The translations under genes were made by a program, and so were the position numbers. A stretch of 64,000 nt of DNA from an uncultured Prevotellaceae bacterium (GTDB lineage Bacteria > Bacteroidota > Bacteroidia > Bacteroidales > Bacteroidaceae), in assembly GCA_945941025.1 (NCBI GenBank), contig CAMEWL010000003.1:3373-67372 (forward strand), read 5' to 3'. This document shows positions 19,368 through 28,421 of this stretch, piece after piece (position 1 is the first letter of the stretch; each line of letters opens with the position of its first letter). Under the pieces are notes generated by a model. The model saw only the letters and a list, made by a program, of their open reading frames with translations, had not been told where the DNA came from and made no database searches.

Positions 19368-19738
19368 GCGTGCAATTGTTTTGTTTGTTCCAATATCCAA
19401 GCTGTTTTCTCACGATTGAGAGTACGGGCCACCTCGAACTTATATTCTTGGTAACGAGCCTCTATGTTCATTCTCTTGATACCTTCAAGGAAATCTTTTT
19501 GTTCCTCACTCATCTTCGTGTAAAGACCACAACCCTTAGCTATACGCTCATGATCATGAAGATAAGGAGGATCGTCATCGCGACACACGCACCAATAGGA
19601 TTTGAGTGTCTTTTCCACTACCTGATGACACATAAAACCGACATACAGCCAGTGACCAGTCTTGTAAAGGTCTTCAGCCACACTTAAATCTTCAGCTACT
19701 ATGTCAAGCCATTTATCCGCCCTATCTTTGTTTGCCAT
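19325..19738 (-). CDS. HEPN-domain protein (toxin of a HEPN-MNT pair)
   Basis: MANKDRADKWLDIVAEDLSVAEDLYKTGHWLYVGFMCHQVVEKTLKSYW... is a HEPN helical fold. An R-x4-H-like region (ARYQEYKF) lies near the C-terminus. Confidence 0.75.
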   Translation of the reverse strand: MANKDRADKWLDIVAEDLSVAEDLYKTGHWLYVGFMCHQVVEKTLKSYWCVCRDDDPPYLHDHERIAKGCGLYTKMSEEQKDFLEGIKRMNIEARYQEYKFEVARTLNREKTAWILEQTKQLHAWILKRLREKLSTQ

Positions 19739-19764
19739 AATCACGCTGCAATTGTTTTCTGCTT

Positions 19765-19772
19765 CAAATTTA
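19765..19772 (-). promoter_or_regulatory. -7 box TAAATTTG upstream of the HEPN-MNT pair
   Basis: Plus strand reads caaattta, ~27 nt upstream of the ATG at 19738. Confidence 0.5.
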
Positions 19773-19960
19773 CAAAAAAGTTTTGATATCGTGCAAGTTT
19801 TTATGGTGAAAATTATTTATTTGGACTTATAGCAATGACAATATAAGCAAGATGACACATTTAATTGGTTTGGGAGTAGTTGATACGATACTAAGACAGC
19901 CTTTCTTCCTTCTGTGCTACAGCGTCCAATACAATAATCACCGTTAGAAAGTTCTATGCT

Positions 19961-21538
19961 TTATAAATTAATCAAGTCCAGCCAATAACACGGCGTAAGT
20001 TTGTACCCGTCAGTGTGGCGCTGCTCAAACAAGCCGTTACCGTCATGGGCTCCGGTAAACAATATCAGTTCGTCATCATAGAAAGGGTCTCCAAACGTTA
20101 CCGTATTGCCGTCCTCGTCAACAAACTGATGGTCACGTGAACTCAAGGAACCGCCAATGACCACCTTGCCGTACATTATACGGCGTGGCATACCGTGTAG
20201 GTCGCTGCCCTTTGAGTACAAAGACATCCTGAACACCTCGTCGCCTCTCAGCTTTATAGGTTGAAGCTGTGGCACGGCCTGCGCCTGCTTATCTATGTTT
20301 ACGTTCTCCGCACGATATTCCTTTCGCTGGGCATAATCCACACGCACTATGCCTCCGTTATCCACCTTGAAACAACAGTAGGGCCGCCATTCCTTACCGC
20401 CAAGACTCTCATGCAGGCTACCCATCTCCTTCTTCACCAACTGCAGATACCTGCTCTGCTCCTGCGGAGAATAATAGTCTATCAGGTAAAGTTTCTCATA
20501 CACCCACAGGTCGCCGCTCTTGCCATAGCAGTAACCACGATATCCATGGTTATACCACTTCGCCGACTCCTTACGAGCTACCCTCTCCCTGAACCCCTTG
20601 TCAAAAATCTCATCAAACCTTTGTTTGAACTCACCGGCATCCTTGATGTCATGCAGGGGATATTTCCTTCTTATAGGGAAATCCATCATTGACACCAGCG
20701 CCTTAGCGTTGCCACACGCTATCAGGCGTGTCACCCACCCCAGCTTCGATGTGTCAGCAGGCACATACGGCTCGGTCACGGTCTCCTTGTCTAAGGCCTG
20801 CACCGCACTGCCTTCCACGAATGTGCTGTCTATCTCACTTACATCACCACGACTGCACTGCCTGTTAAGAACAAAGACACTGCCTGCCACTACCGCAACC
20901 ACCTCCAGCGATATCACTATCGGCACAATGCTGTGCTTATTCACAACGACATCCAGCGGTATCAACGGTCCAGCAAACTCCTGTTTGAAATGACGGTTGT
21001 CATGCGTAGAGAAGTACACATTATCACACTCATTATCTGCCTCTGGGATATAGAACCTCAACCGCTCACCGGCAAACTGTCTCCACACGCCCTCCGCATC
21101 TGCCGGCACCTCATACAATGCGCTGACATTCTTATTGAATCGCTTTTTCTCATCAGAATAGACAATGTAGTTCACCCAGTAGCAAAACAAATCGTATGTG
21201 GTGGAATTCTTCAGCGTCAGCGTATAGCCTGTCGCTGTCTCCTCTATGTCAGGTCTTTCCACGTGCAACTCATCACTGTCATACATCTCGATGAAACTTT
21301 CAATGGCACGGTCTATCTGTTCCCGGCTCATCATCTCCACATATATTATACGCTTGCCTGCACGCATCTCATCTTTCAGCAAGTGATTCATTGTCGTAAT
21401 CCATCTGCCTGTATATACATTCCAGTAATACCGGCAGGTCCTGTAGATTATAAACAGGATCAGGAACAGTACTACCATGGCAAATACCATGTGGTTAAAA
21501 ACAAATTCTGTTATGCGTTCGATTAAGATATCATTCAT
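19961..21538 (-). CDS. Hypothetical two-TM protein, 525 aa, unknown function
   Basis: Long uninterrupted ORF with TM segments near residues 17-33 and ~205-225. No motif recognised. A truncated paralog lies at 18677. Confidence 0.7.
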   Translation of the reverse strand: MNDILIERITEFVFNHMVFAMVVLFLILFIIYRTCRYYWNVYTGRWITTMNHLLKDEMRAGKRIIYVEMMSREQIDRAIESFIEMYDSDELHVERPDIEETATGYTLTLKNSTTYDLFCYWVNYIVYSDEKKRFNKNVSALYEVPADAEGVWRQFAGERLRFYIPEADNECDNVYFSTHDNRHFKQEFAGPLIPLDVVVNKHSIVPIVISLEVVAVVAGSVFVLNRQCSRGDVSEIDSTFVEGSAVQALDKETVTEPYVPADTSKLGWVTRLIACGNAKALVSMMDFPIRRKYPLHDIKDAGEFKQRFDEIFDKGFRERVARKESAKWYNHGYRGYCYGKSGDLWVYEKLYLIDYYSPQEQSRYLQLVKKEMGSLHESLGGKEWRPYCCFKVDNGGIVRVDYAQRKEYRAENVNIDKQAQAVPQLQPIKLRGDEVFRMSLYSKGSDLHGMPRRIMYGKVVIGGSLSSRDHQFVDEDGNTVTFGDPFYDDELILFTGAHDGNGLFEQRHTDGYKLTPCYWLDLINL

Positions 21539-21614
21539 GAGAGAAATTGTATTTATAAAGACAAAGCAGCCATATCTACTTACACAAAGAAGTAAATATG
21601 GCTGTTTCTTTATT

Positions 21615-21649
21615 CCCCTACCCCATCCCTGTGAGGGAGGGAAAGGGTG
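21615..21649 (-). repeat. G-rich hairpin repeat, degenerate copy (CCCTCCCTCACAGGGATGGGGTAGGGG on the minus strand)
   Basis: Same core as 35289-35322 and 47261-47294. It lies just downstream of the korB stop. Confidence 0.7.
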
Positions 21650-21661
21650 TTTCTGTAATTT

Positions 21662-22666
21662 TTACTTCACCTCCCAGATGTCGTTGGTTTCAAGGAGCTC
21701 AGCGAAGTTGTGGTATTTCTTGGCAGCCTTCACCTCCTCAATCTGTGCTGTAACACAGTCGTCGTAGGTAGGAGCCTCCACGTCGCGGATTACACCGAGG
21801 GCTACAGGGAAGCCGTCGCCGTTGCCCATGAGGGCGAGCTTCAGCTGCAGGGTGTTGTCCTCGCAGTGTGCGTCGTGCACGAGGATGTCCTTCTCTGTGA
21901 TGCCGTTCTCACCAATCTTCACAATCTTCAGTCCAAAGCCCTCCTGTACGAGTCCGAACTCACGGTCCTTACCGAAGATGAGCGGTTTGCCGTGCTCTAC
22001 GTAGATGGCGTTCTCCGCACGTCCGGCGCTGTTATATACAGAAGCGTGGGTGCCGTCGTTGAACACCACGCAGTTCTGCAATACCTCAGTAACGCTGGCA
22101 CCCTTATGTGCGTTGGCAGCCTTCAGCACCTCCACGGTGTGCTTACCGTCGGTTGCCACGGTGCGTGCGAAGAAGTGTCCGCGAGCGCCGAAGCAGAGCT
22201 CTGCAGGGCGGAATGGGTCTTCCACTGTTCCGTAAGGGCTTGACTTGCTGACGAAGCCACGTGGTGATGTAGGAGAGTACTGTCCCTTTGTCAGACCGTA
22301 GATACGGTTGTTCAGGAGTATCATGTTGAGGTTGATGTTACGGCGGTTAGCATGTATGAAGTGGTTACCACCGATGGCGAGGCCGTCGCCGTCACCGCTA
22401 ATCTGCCATACTGTGAGGTCAGGGTTGGCAATCTTCGCGCCTGTAGCTATGGCAGCGGCACGACCGTGAATGGTGTTCATGCCGTAGGTAGCCATGTAGT
22501 GTGGCAGACGGCTTGAACAGCCGATACCTGATATTACGGCAGTGTTCCAAGGCTCTACGCCGATTTCTGCCATTGCCTTATGAAGTGATGCGAGGAAGAA
22601 GTGGTCGCCGCATCCCGGACACCAACGTGGCTGTCCTTTCTTATAATCTTGAGCTGTAAATTCCAT
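21662..22666 (-). CDS. korB: 2-oxoacid:ferredoxin oxidoreductase, beta subunit
   Basis: RWCPGCGDHFFL, a TPP-binding GDGDGLAIGGNH motif and ~334 aa, typical of KorB. Confidence 0.92.
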   Translation of the reverse strand: MEFTAQDYKKGQPRWCPGCGDHFFLASLHKAMAEIGVEPWNTAVISGIGCSSRLPHYMATYGMNTIHGRAAAIATGAKIANPDLTVWQISGDGDGLAIGGNHFIHANRRNINLNMILLNNRIYGLTKGQYSPTSPRGFVSKSSPYGTVEDPFRPAELCFGARGHFFARTVATDGKHTVEVLKAANAHKGASVTEVLQNCVVFNDGTHASVYNSAGRAENAIYVEHGKPLIFGKDREFGLVQEGFGLKIVKIGENGITEKDILVHDAHCEDNTLQLKLALMGNGDGFPVALGVIRDVEAPTYDDCVTAQIEEVKAAKKYHNFAELLETNDIWEVK

Positions 22667-22705
22667 ATTACTATGATTTTTTACTACTAATTATTTATCT
22701 TTTTT

Positions 22706-23032
22706 ACAACGGATTAAAACCGATTATACGGATTTCGTGAATGTCTTTTCCTACAACGGATTAAAACCGATTATACGGATTTCGTGAATGTCTTTCCCTA
22801 CAACGGATTAAACCGATTATACGGATTTCGTGAATGTCTTTCCCTACAACGGATTAAAACCGATTATACGGATTTTACAAATTATTTACCGATTTCACGA
22901 ATTACCAGCTGATTCTCCTTACAACGGATTAAAACCGATTATACGGATTTAACGAATTATTTACTGATTTCACGAATTACCAGCTGATTCTCCTTAAAAC
23001 GGATTAGAACCGATTATACGGATTTCACAAAT
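22706..23032 (+). repeat. Tandem array of six units beginning ACAACGGATTAAAACCGATTATACGGATTT (3 units of ~47 bp, 2 of 75 bp, 1 partial)
   Basis: Units at 22706-22752, 22753-22799, 22800-22845, 22846-22920, 22921-22995 and 22996-~23032. They are contiguous with no unique spacers. Confidence 0.9.
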
Positions 23033-23416
23033 TCAACCCACTGGGAATCTTTCGTGAGCGAGTGATATCTCACCGAAGTTAAGCAGAAGAGACAACCTGT
23101 AGCCAGCCACCTTAGCATAATTAATAGCTTGTGAGCGGTGTACGTCTGTCAGTTCCTTAGTTGCTTTCAACTCCACTATTATCTTATCATAGCAGATGAA
23201 GTCTGGAACGAAAGTACCTTCAAGTGTTGTACCTTTGTATGAGGCGTGTAGTGTCGCCTCGCGTGCGAAAGGGATACCCTGATCTTTCATCTCTATGGCC
23301 AAAGCCTCCTGATACACTTTCTCCGTGAACCCCGGGCCTAATTCCCTGTGTACTTTCATCGCCGCACCGATAATCTGATACGTCTCGTGCCTGTATATCA
23401 GGTCCGTCTGTTCCAT
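23033..23416 (-). CDS. GxxExxY-family protein (PD-(D/E)XK nuclease-like)
   Basis: GFTEKVY matches GxxExxY. DFICYDKIIVELK supplies a D...ExK motif. The ...AQAINYAKVAGYRLSLLLNFG tail is typical of the family. Confidence 0.85.
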   Translation of the reverse strand: MEQTDLIYRHETYQIIGAAMKVHRELGPGFTEKVYQEALAIEMKDQGIPFAREATLHASYKGTTLEGTFVPDFICYDKIIVELKATKELTDVHRSQAINYAKVAGYRLSLLLNFGEISLAHERFPVG

Positions 23417-23455
23417 CCGTCCAATTAAAATCAGAGTAATTCTATATTTTAATTT

Positions 23456-23489
23456 GTGTAATCAGTGTAATCCGTCTTAATCCGTTGTC
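23456..23489 (-). repeat. Inverted copy of the ACAACGGATTAA repeat upstream of the GxxExxY gene
   Basis: The reverse complement reads GACAACGGATTAAGACGGATTACACTGATTACAC. Its first 12 nt are identical to the start of each tandem unit at 22706-23032 but in the opposite orientation. A second short copy, GCAACGGATTA (reverse complement of 23514-23524), abuts the korA stop. Confidence 0.8.
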
Positions 23490-23524
23490 TGATAAAAACG
23501 GTAGCTATGTTAATAATCCGTTGC

Positions 23525-25369
23525 TTACTTAATTATACCATTGAACGCCTCTACCAGTTCGTTGACTACGAATGGCTGGCCCTTCACCTGGTTGAACTGA
23601 GCTGGTACGAAGTTGTCAACCTTCATGCGGAGGTAACCGGCCAGCTGACCCATGTTCTGTTCTGCCACTACCACCTTCTTGTACTTCGTGAGTACCTCGG
23701 CGGTATTCTTTGGCAATGGGTTGAGGTAGCGGAACTGCGCCATGGCAACCTTCTTGCCCTGAGCACGCATCTCGTCCATAGCAGCATGCAGGTGTCCGAA
23801 GGTAGAGCCGAAGCCTACGATGAGCAGGTCAGCGTCATCCTTGTCGCCCAGCACCTCAAGGTCTGGCACCTGTATGTTGTCAATCTTCTGCTGACGCTTG
23901 CGTGTCATCAGGTCGTGGTTCTCTGGGTTGGTAGAGATAGCACCCGTCTTGTCGTCCTTCTCCAGTCCGCCGAGGATGTGCTGGAATCCCTCACGGCCAG
24001 GCACTGCCCAGTAGCGTGTGCCGTTCTCAGCACGCATATATGGAGTCCAATTGCCCTTCAGCTCCTCTGGTACGTATGGAGGATTGATGCCGTCCATCTT
24101 GGCGAGGTCAGGCAGCAGGAATGCGCTTGAACCGTTAGCGATGAAGGCGTCGGTCATCAGCACTACAGGAGTCATGTGCTCCAGTGCCATCTTGGCTGCG
24201 TCATACGCTGCATAGAAACAGTCTGTAGGACTGGTAGCTGCGATTACTGGCATTGGTGACTCACCGTTACGTCCGTAGAGGCACTGCAAGAGGTCTGTCT
24301 GCTCAGACTTCGTAGGCAGACCTGTTGCCGGACCGCCACGCTGTACGTCGAGCACCACCAGTGGCAGCTCCATGATAACGGCGAGGTTCATAGCCTCTGA
24401 CTTAAGACAGATACCAGGACCTGAGGTAGATGTCACTGCCAGCGCACCGGCGAATGACGCACCTACGGCTGACGCGCAGCCTGCTATCTCGTCCTCACAC
24501 TGCACTGTGGTCACGCCCAGTGACTTGTGCTTTGACAACTCATGCAGCACGTCGGTTGCAGGAGTGATAGGATAAGAGCCGAGGTAGAGCTTCAGGCCTG
24601 CCTTCTCGGCAGCGGCGATGAAACCGTATGCGGTAGCCTTGTTACCTGTGATGTCCATGTAACGGCCAGGCTTGTTCTGCTTAGACTCAATGCGATACAC
24701 ATTGGCAGCGCTTGAGTGAGTGTTGTGGCCGTAGTCATAGCCGGCCTGTATCACCTTTATGTTTGCCTCTGCTATGGCAGGCTTCTTAGCGAACTTGTCG
24801 CGCAGGAAGTTAGCCACCAGGTCAAGGTCGCGGCTGAAGAGCCAGCACACCAGTCCGAGGGCGAACATATTACGACACTTCAGCATAGCCTTGTTGTCCA
24901 TGCCAGAGTCCTTCAGTGTCTCCTTGACGATAGTTGTCATAGGGCACTGTATTACGCGGTCAGGGTCGATATTCATCTCACCGAGGTAGTCAGCTGTCTG
25001 GAACTGAGCCTTGTCAAGGTCTGACTGCTGGAAAGAGTCGGTATCGATGATGATAGTAGCATTCTTCTTGGCATACTTGTACTGAGTCTTGAGCGCAGCA
25101 GCGTTCATAGCCACCAGCACGTCACACTCGTCACCAGGTGTGAACACCTGACCGGCACCGATGTGCACCTGGAAACCAGACACACCCGTCAGCGAGCCTT
25201 GTGGGGCGCGGATGTCAGCAGGATAGTCAGGGAATGTTGAGATACTGTTGCCCACGGTGGCTGACACCGTGGAGAAGATGTTTCCGGCGAGCTGCATACC
25301 GTCGCCAGAGTCACCTGAGAAGCGTACGACCACCTGGTCGAGCTCTTTGATGTCTAATGCTTCTGCCAT
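23525..25369 (-). CDS. korA: 2-oxoacid:ferredoxin oxidoreductase, alpha subunit
   Basis: 614 aa. The N-terminal VVRFSGDSGDGMQLAG (gamma-like domain) is fused to a pyrimidine-binding domain, as in KorA. Confidence 0.92.
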   Translation of the reverse strand: MAEALDIKELDQVVVRFSGDSGDGMQLAGNIFSTVSATVGNSISTFPDYPADIRAPQGSLTGVSGFQVHIGAGQVFTPGDECDVLVAMNAAALKTQYKYAKKNATIIIDTDSFQQSDLDKAQFQTADYLGEMNIDPDRVIQCPMTTIVKETLKDSGMDNKAMLKCRNMFALGLVCWLFSRDLDLVANFLRDKFAKKPAIAEANIKVIQAGYDYGHNTHSSAANVYRIESKQNKPGRYMDITGNKATAYGFIAAAEKAGLKLYLGSYPITPATDVLHELSKHKSLGVTTVQCEDEIAGCASAVGASFAGALAVTSTSGPGICLKSEAMNLAVIMELPLVVLDVQRGGPATGLPTKSEQTDLLQCLYGRNGESPMPVIAATSPTDCFYAAYDAAKMALEHMTPVVLMTDAFIANGSSAFLLPDLAKMDGINPPYVPEELKGNWTPYMRAENGTRYWAVPGREGFQHILGGLEKDDKTGAISTNPENHDLMTRKRQQKIDNIQVPDLEVLGDKDDADLLIVGFGSTFGHLHAAMDEMRAQGKKVAMAQFRYLNPLPKNTAEVLTKYKKVVVAEQNMGQLAGYLRMKVDNFVPAQFNQVKGQPFVVNELVEAFNGIIK

Positions 25370-25418
25370 TTTTCTCTTTGCTTTGATATAATGTTTTTGT
25401 GAATTTATCTTAAAAATG

Positions 25419-25426
25419 CAAAGTTA
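25419..25426 (-). promoter_or_regulatory. -7 box TAACTTTG upstream of korA
   Basis: Plus strand reads caaagtta, ~50 nt upstream of the ATG at 25369. Confidence 0.55.
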
Positions 25427-25588
25427 CACCTTTTTTATTAAAATACAAAATAATACGGCTTCAAAAAATACGAAAAGTCAGCAAAACAGCCGTTTTCTTG
25501 ACATTTTGTAATTATTTTGCCTGTTTTCGTGACGATAAAACTTAACAGTAAAACCACGGCGTTGTATGCACATGACATAAGTTAAGGG

Positions 25589-25945
25589 ATAGGACATTTT
25601 CGTCTTTTCGCCTTTTTATTTTTGTCAACGAAAAAACGCAAACCAGGAGAAAAATGACCTTTTGAATGGGCGAAAATCATCATTTTTCATCTTCTTTTTC
25701 GTGAAAGCATAGCTTTTACATTGTCATTCGATAGCTTTCACGATGAGAAACGATAGCTTTCACACCCTGAAAGCATAGCTTTTGCGACGCAAAAACCATC
25801 GGTTTTTCATGCTTTTTCGTAACCCACTACTGATTATCAACAAGTTACAACCCTCTGTAGATTTCGCTGTACGCGGTCAGCAGGAAATAATTTTCAAATA
25901 TCGCGAGCATGAGGCGTTAACGGAGGGCCCCAAATAGGACATTTT
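25589..25945 (+). repeat. Composite non-coding element, copy 2 (bounded by direct ATAGGACATTTT repeats)
   Basis: ATAGGACATTTT occurs at 25589-25600 and 25934-25945 in the same orientation. These flank the 22-bp unit array and a region ending AATATCGCGAG...CCCCAA. Confidence 0.7.
25700..25786 (+). repeat. Array of four ~22-bp AAAGC-N3-GCTTT units
   Basis: Units read cgtgaaagcatagcttttacat / tgtcattcgatagctttcacga / tgagaaacgatagctttcacac / cctgaaagcatagcttttgcga. Confidence 0.8.
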
Positions 25946-26270
25946 TGTCATCGGGTGACATAAATCAAATCTGATTTAATGACGTATTCATATATTTCTT
26001 TGAACATGAATTGCCATAAATTGACCACGAATTATCATAAATAAAGCATTGAAGAATAATTCGTGTCATTCGAGCTATTAGTGTTCGAAAAAATAATCAG
26101 TGTTGAAAATAAAATTAATGATAAATTCTTGCGCCCCTACGGTAGCAAGCGTACCCGCAATAAAATATACTTCCCTCGACATCCACCAGAATATAGACAT
26201 CTCAATAATCATCATCGTCTGCAATACCTTCAACAAACATACGTTGCATCAAATCACGCCGAGCATCACA

Positions 26271-26308
26271 CAAAAAGAGACCGTGTCAAAAGTAACTGAC
26301 ACGGTCTC
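26271..26308 (-). terminator. Rho-independent terminator of the phosphoesterase gene
   Basis: Perfect 12-bp stem GAGACCGTGTCA / TGACACGGTCTC, followed on the minus strand by a T-run. Confidence 0.75.
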
Positions 26309-26370
26309 ATAAATATATTTAGTATAGAAAAAATCTTTCTAAAAACTGAGTAATCAGGTGAGCGTCATTA

Positions 26371-28152
26371 CTAATCAACGTAGATTTTGTTGAAGAAAGA
26401 TTTTTTACCAGAAACGGCCTTTACAATATAGCAACCGTCAGCAAATCCTGTCGCAGAAACTATTGCACCAGTTGCTGATGCCACGAGTTTTCCGTCAACA
26501 GAGAATACTTCAACAGTCTCAGGAACCATACCCTCAACGGTAATGTTGCTTGAAGACGCATTATAAGAGATTCTTATATTATTACTATCCTCGGTAGATT
26601 CCACCCCAGTGCCTGTTGAGTTCTTTACAATCTTGAAAGAGTCAAACTCTGTTGCATTTCCGAGATCATCTACTGTATAGGTGGTAATGTTTATTTCCTC
26701 AGAAGAAACATCCACTCTACTAAAGGTAGGTTCACCAGTCTGACCAAACTTTCCAGAGAACAGTCCCCAGTAATTCTCCACCTCATGCTTGCTGAGGGAA
26801 GCTATCATATCCGCTTCGTTACGTGGTTCGTATTTCTTCCTTCCCGCAGAGTTGTTCAAGAAATAGAGGGTGCCCTTGCTGACGTCATACACACCACCCT
26901 GTTTGCCCGTCATATTCTCACGGAGTCCACCGTCGCCGACAGTCTCAACCATCTCCACCCCATTGGAAATAAGCGTCTTCTGTAAGTTGTTGACAGGACC
27001 TATAACCTCATAAATATGATCGTGACCCTGAAGGGCGATATTAATGCCAAGTTCATCAAATACTGGAAGCATAGCCGCGCGGACAGCCTTTCCATCCGAA
27101 TCATCCTGATGTGAGCGGCTTCCGGTGAACATATTTTTATGGTATGTTGCCACACGCCATTTAACATCCTTATGAGCATTCACCTGCTCACGCATCCAAG
27201 CGGCTAAAGACTCGAAATACCCTTCTTTCTTCCAGTCCTCATAGTTTATAACCATGAACAAGACATCACCACGAACAAAGGAATAAACCGTGCCGCCCAT
27301 TGCCGTTGCCACTTCTGTCTTCTCATTGAAGGTGTTGTCGGTATTGAAATGATAGAAGAAATTGCTGTTGGCACTCGTATCGTGATTGCCTTGGGCAACA
27401 ACCAGTGGACATTTCATCCATACGTCCTGCATGGTAGAGAACCACTGCTCATACTCCCATTCTGAATTGTTGCTACCACTTGTCTCTACAAGGTCACCAT
27501 TGCAAAGTACGAACGCTGCATTAGGAACCATCTTGTAGGCAGTGTGAACGGTTTTCTGTGACACATCAAACATTTCATCATACTGAGCCTGGGTGTCAGT
27601 GATATAAATAAATGAGTAGGTTTCATCCTTCCGGGCAGAAGAGGTAGTGAAAGAACCTATCTCACTCCATCCTTTTTCATTTCCTACGCGGAAAGAGTAT
27701 GTAGTGGCAGGAGTAAGGTTGGTTGCTATTGCCTTGTGTGAACAATAATCAGCCTTTGTGTTAGGCTCTATTCCGGTGAGTTTATTCTTCGCAATAGAAT
27801 AGTTCAAGCCCTTTACATCTGTGGCTGTTGCCTTAATAGTTATGGTTGGAGTCAAGAAGTCGTCAACGGTTGCGTCTGCTTTTGCAACAATCTGCACCTC
27901 ACCATCGGTAATCTCAGGATTTGTGAACCATGCAAATGCCATGCGCGTAGATGGATCTCCGTTTACAGTCATGTTGATGCTATACGGCATTGTAGATGGC
28001 TGCAAGGTAGCAATCATGCGATTTAGTTTTGTCCACGCTGGTTTTGTGTAATCATTAGCATTGAGCGCAGGGATGTCCTGTGCCATAGCAGACTGAGCCA
28101 TCAACATTGCACTGGCAACAATCACTGCCTTCCATTTAAGTAACGTTTTCAT
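26371..28152 (-). CDS. Secreted metallophosphoesterase (purple-acid-phosphatase-like) with a T9SS C-terminal sorting domain
   Basis: Signal peptide, an FN3-like N-domain, the calcineurin-like motifs GDLVE, GNHD and GHDHIYE, and a C-terminal ...GCYIVKAVSGKKSFFNKIYVD typical of a T9SS CTD. Confidence 0.8.
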   Translation of the reverse strand: MKTLLKWKAVIVASAMLMAQSAMAQDIPALNANDYTKPAWTKLNRMIATLQPSTMPYSINMTVNGDPSTRMAFAWFTNPEITDGEVQIVAKADATVDDFLTPTITIKATATDVKGLNYSIAKNKLTGIEPNTKADYCSHKAIATNLTPATTYSFRVGNEKGWSEIGSFTTSSARKDETYSFIYITDTQAQYDEMFDVSQKTVHTAYKMVPNAAFVLCNGDLVETSGSNNSEWEYEQWFSTMQDVWMKCPLVVAQGNHDTSANSNFFYHFNTDNTFNEKTEVATAMGGTVYSFVRGDVLFMVINYEDWKKEGYFESLAAWMREQVNAHKDVKWRVATYHKNMFTGSRSHQDDSDGKAVRAAMLPVFDELGINIALQGHDHIYEVIGPVNNLQKTLISNGVEMVETVGDGGLRENMTGKQGGVYDVSKGTLYFLNNSAGRKKYEPRNEADMIASLSKHEVENYWGLFSGKFGQTGEPTFSRVDVSSEEINITTYTVDDLGNATEFDSFKIVKNSTGTGVESTEDSNNIRISYNASSSNITVEGMVPETVEVFSVDGKLVASATGAIVSATGFADGCYIVKAVSGKKSFFNKIYVD

Positions 28153-28205
28153 AACTTGTTTGTTTTTTGTGATTAATAATAACGAATAACAATCTTTTTC
28201 GGTTG

Positions 28206-28213
28206 CAAAATTA
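28206..28213 (-). promoter_or_regulatory. -7 box TAATTTTG upstream of the phosphoesterase gene
   Basis: Plus strand reads caaaatta, ~54 nt upstream of the ATG at 28152. Confidence 0.5.
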
Positions 28214-28421
28214 AGGGAAGGTTATTACATACAATTGTCCACAGTATTACAAATATATTAATATGAGTTATTATACGTCAAACTCACGTTATATTAAAAA
28301 AAATACCATTAGCGTCCCGTTAAAATCGGGACACTAATGACCAAAATTATAAAAACACTTATTTAATTGATACATAACAAGTAGATATCCATTTAAGGCT
28401 CTACTATCTATATTCACTTGT

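Noticed and set aside
22706-23032. The regular repeat array between korB and the GxxExxY gene could be mistaken for a CRISPR array.
   Set aside because: The units are contiguous, with no unique spacers between them. Unit lengths are 47 and 75 bp with shared internal sequence, and no cas genes are nearby. It is a tandem repeat.
26063-26312. Two overlapping 70-78-aa plus-strand ORFs are the only coding candidates in gap #2.
   Set aside because: They overlap each other in different frames and lie in low-complexity A+T-rich sequence. They also run across the terminator hairpin of the convergent gene and have no promoter box.
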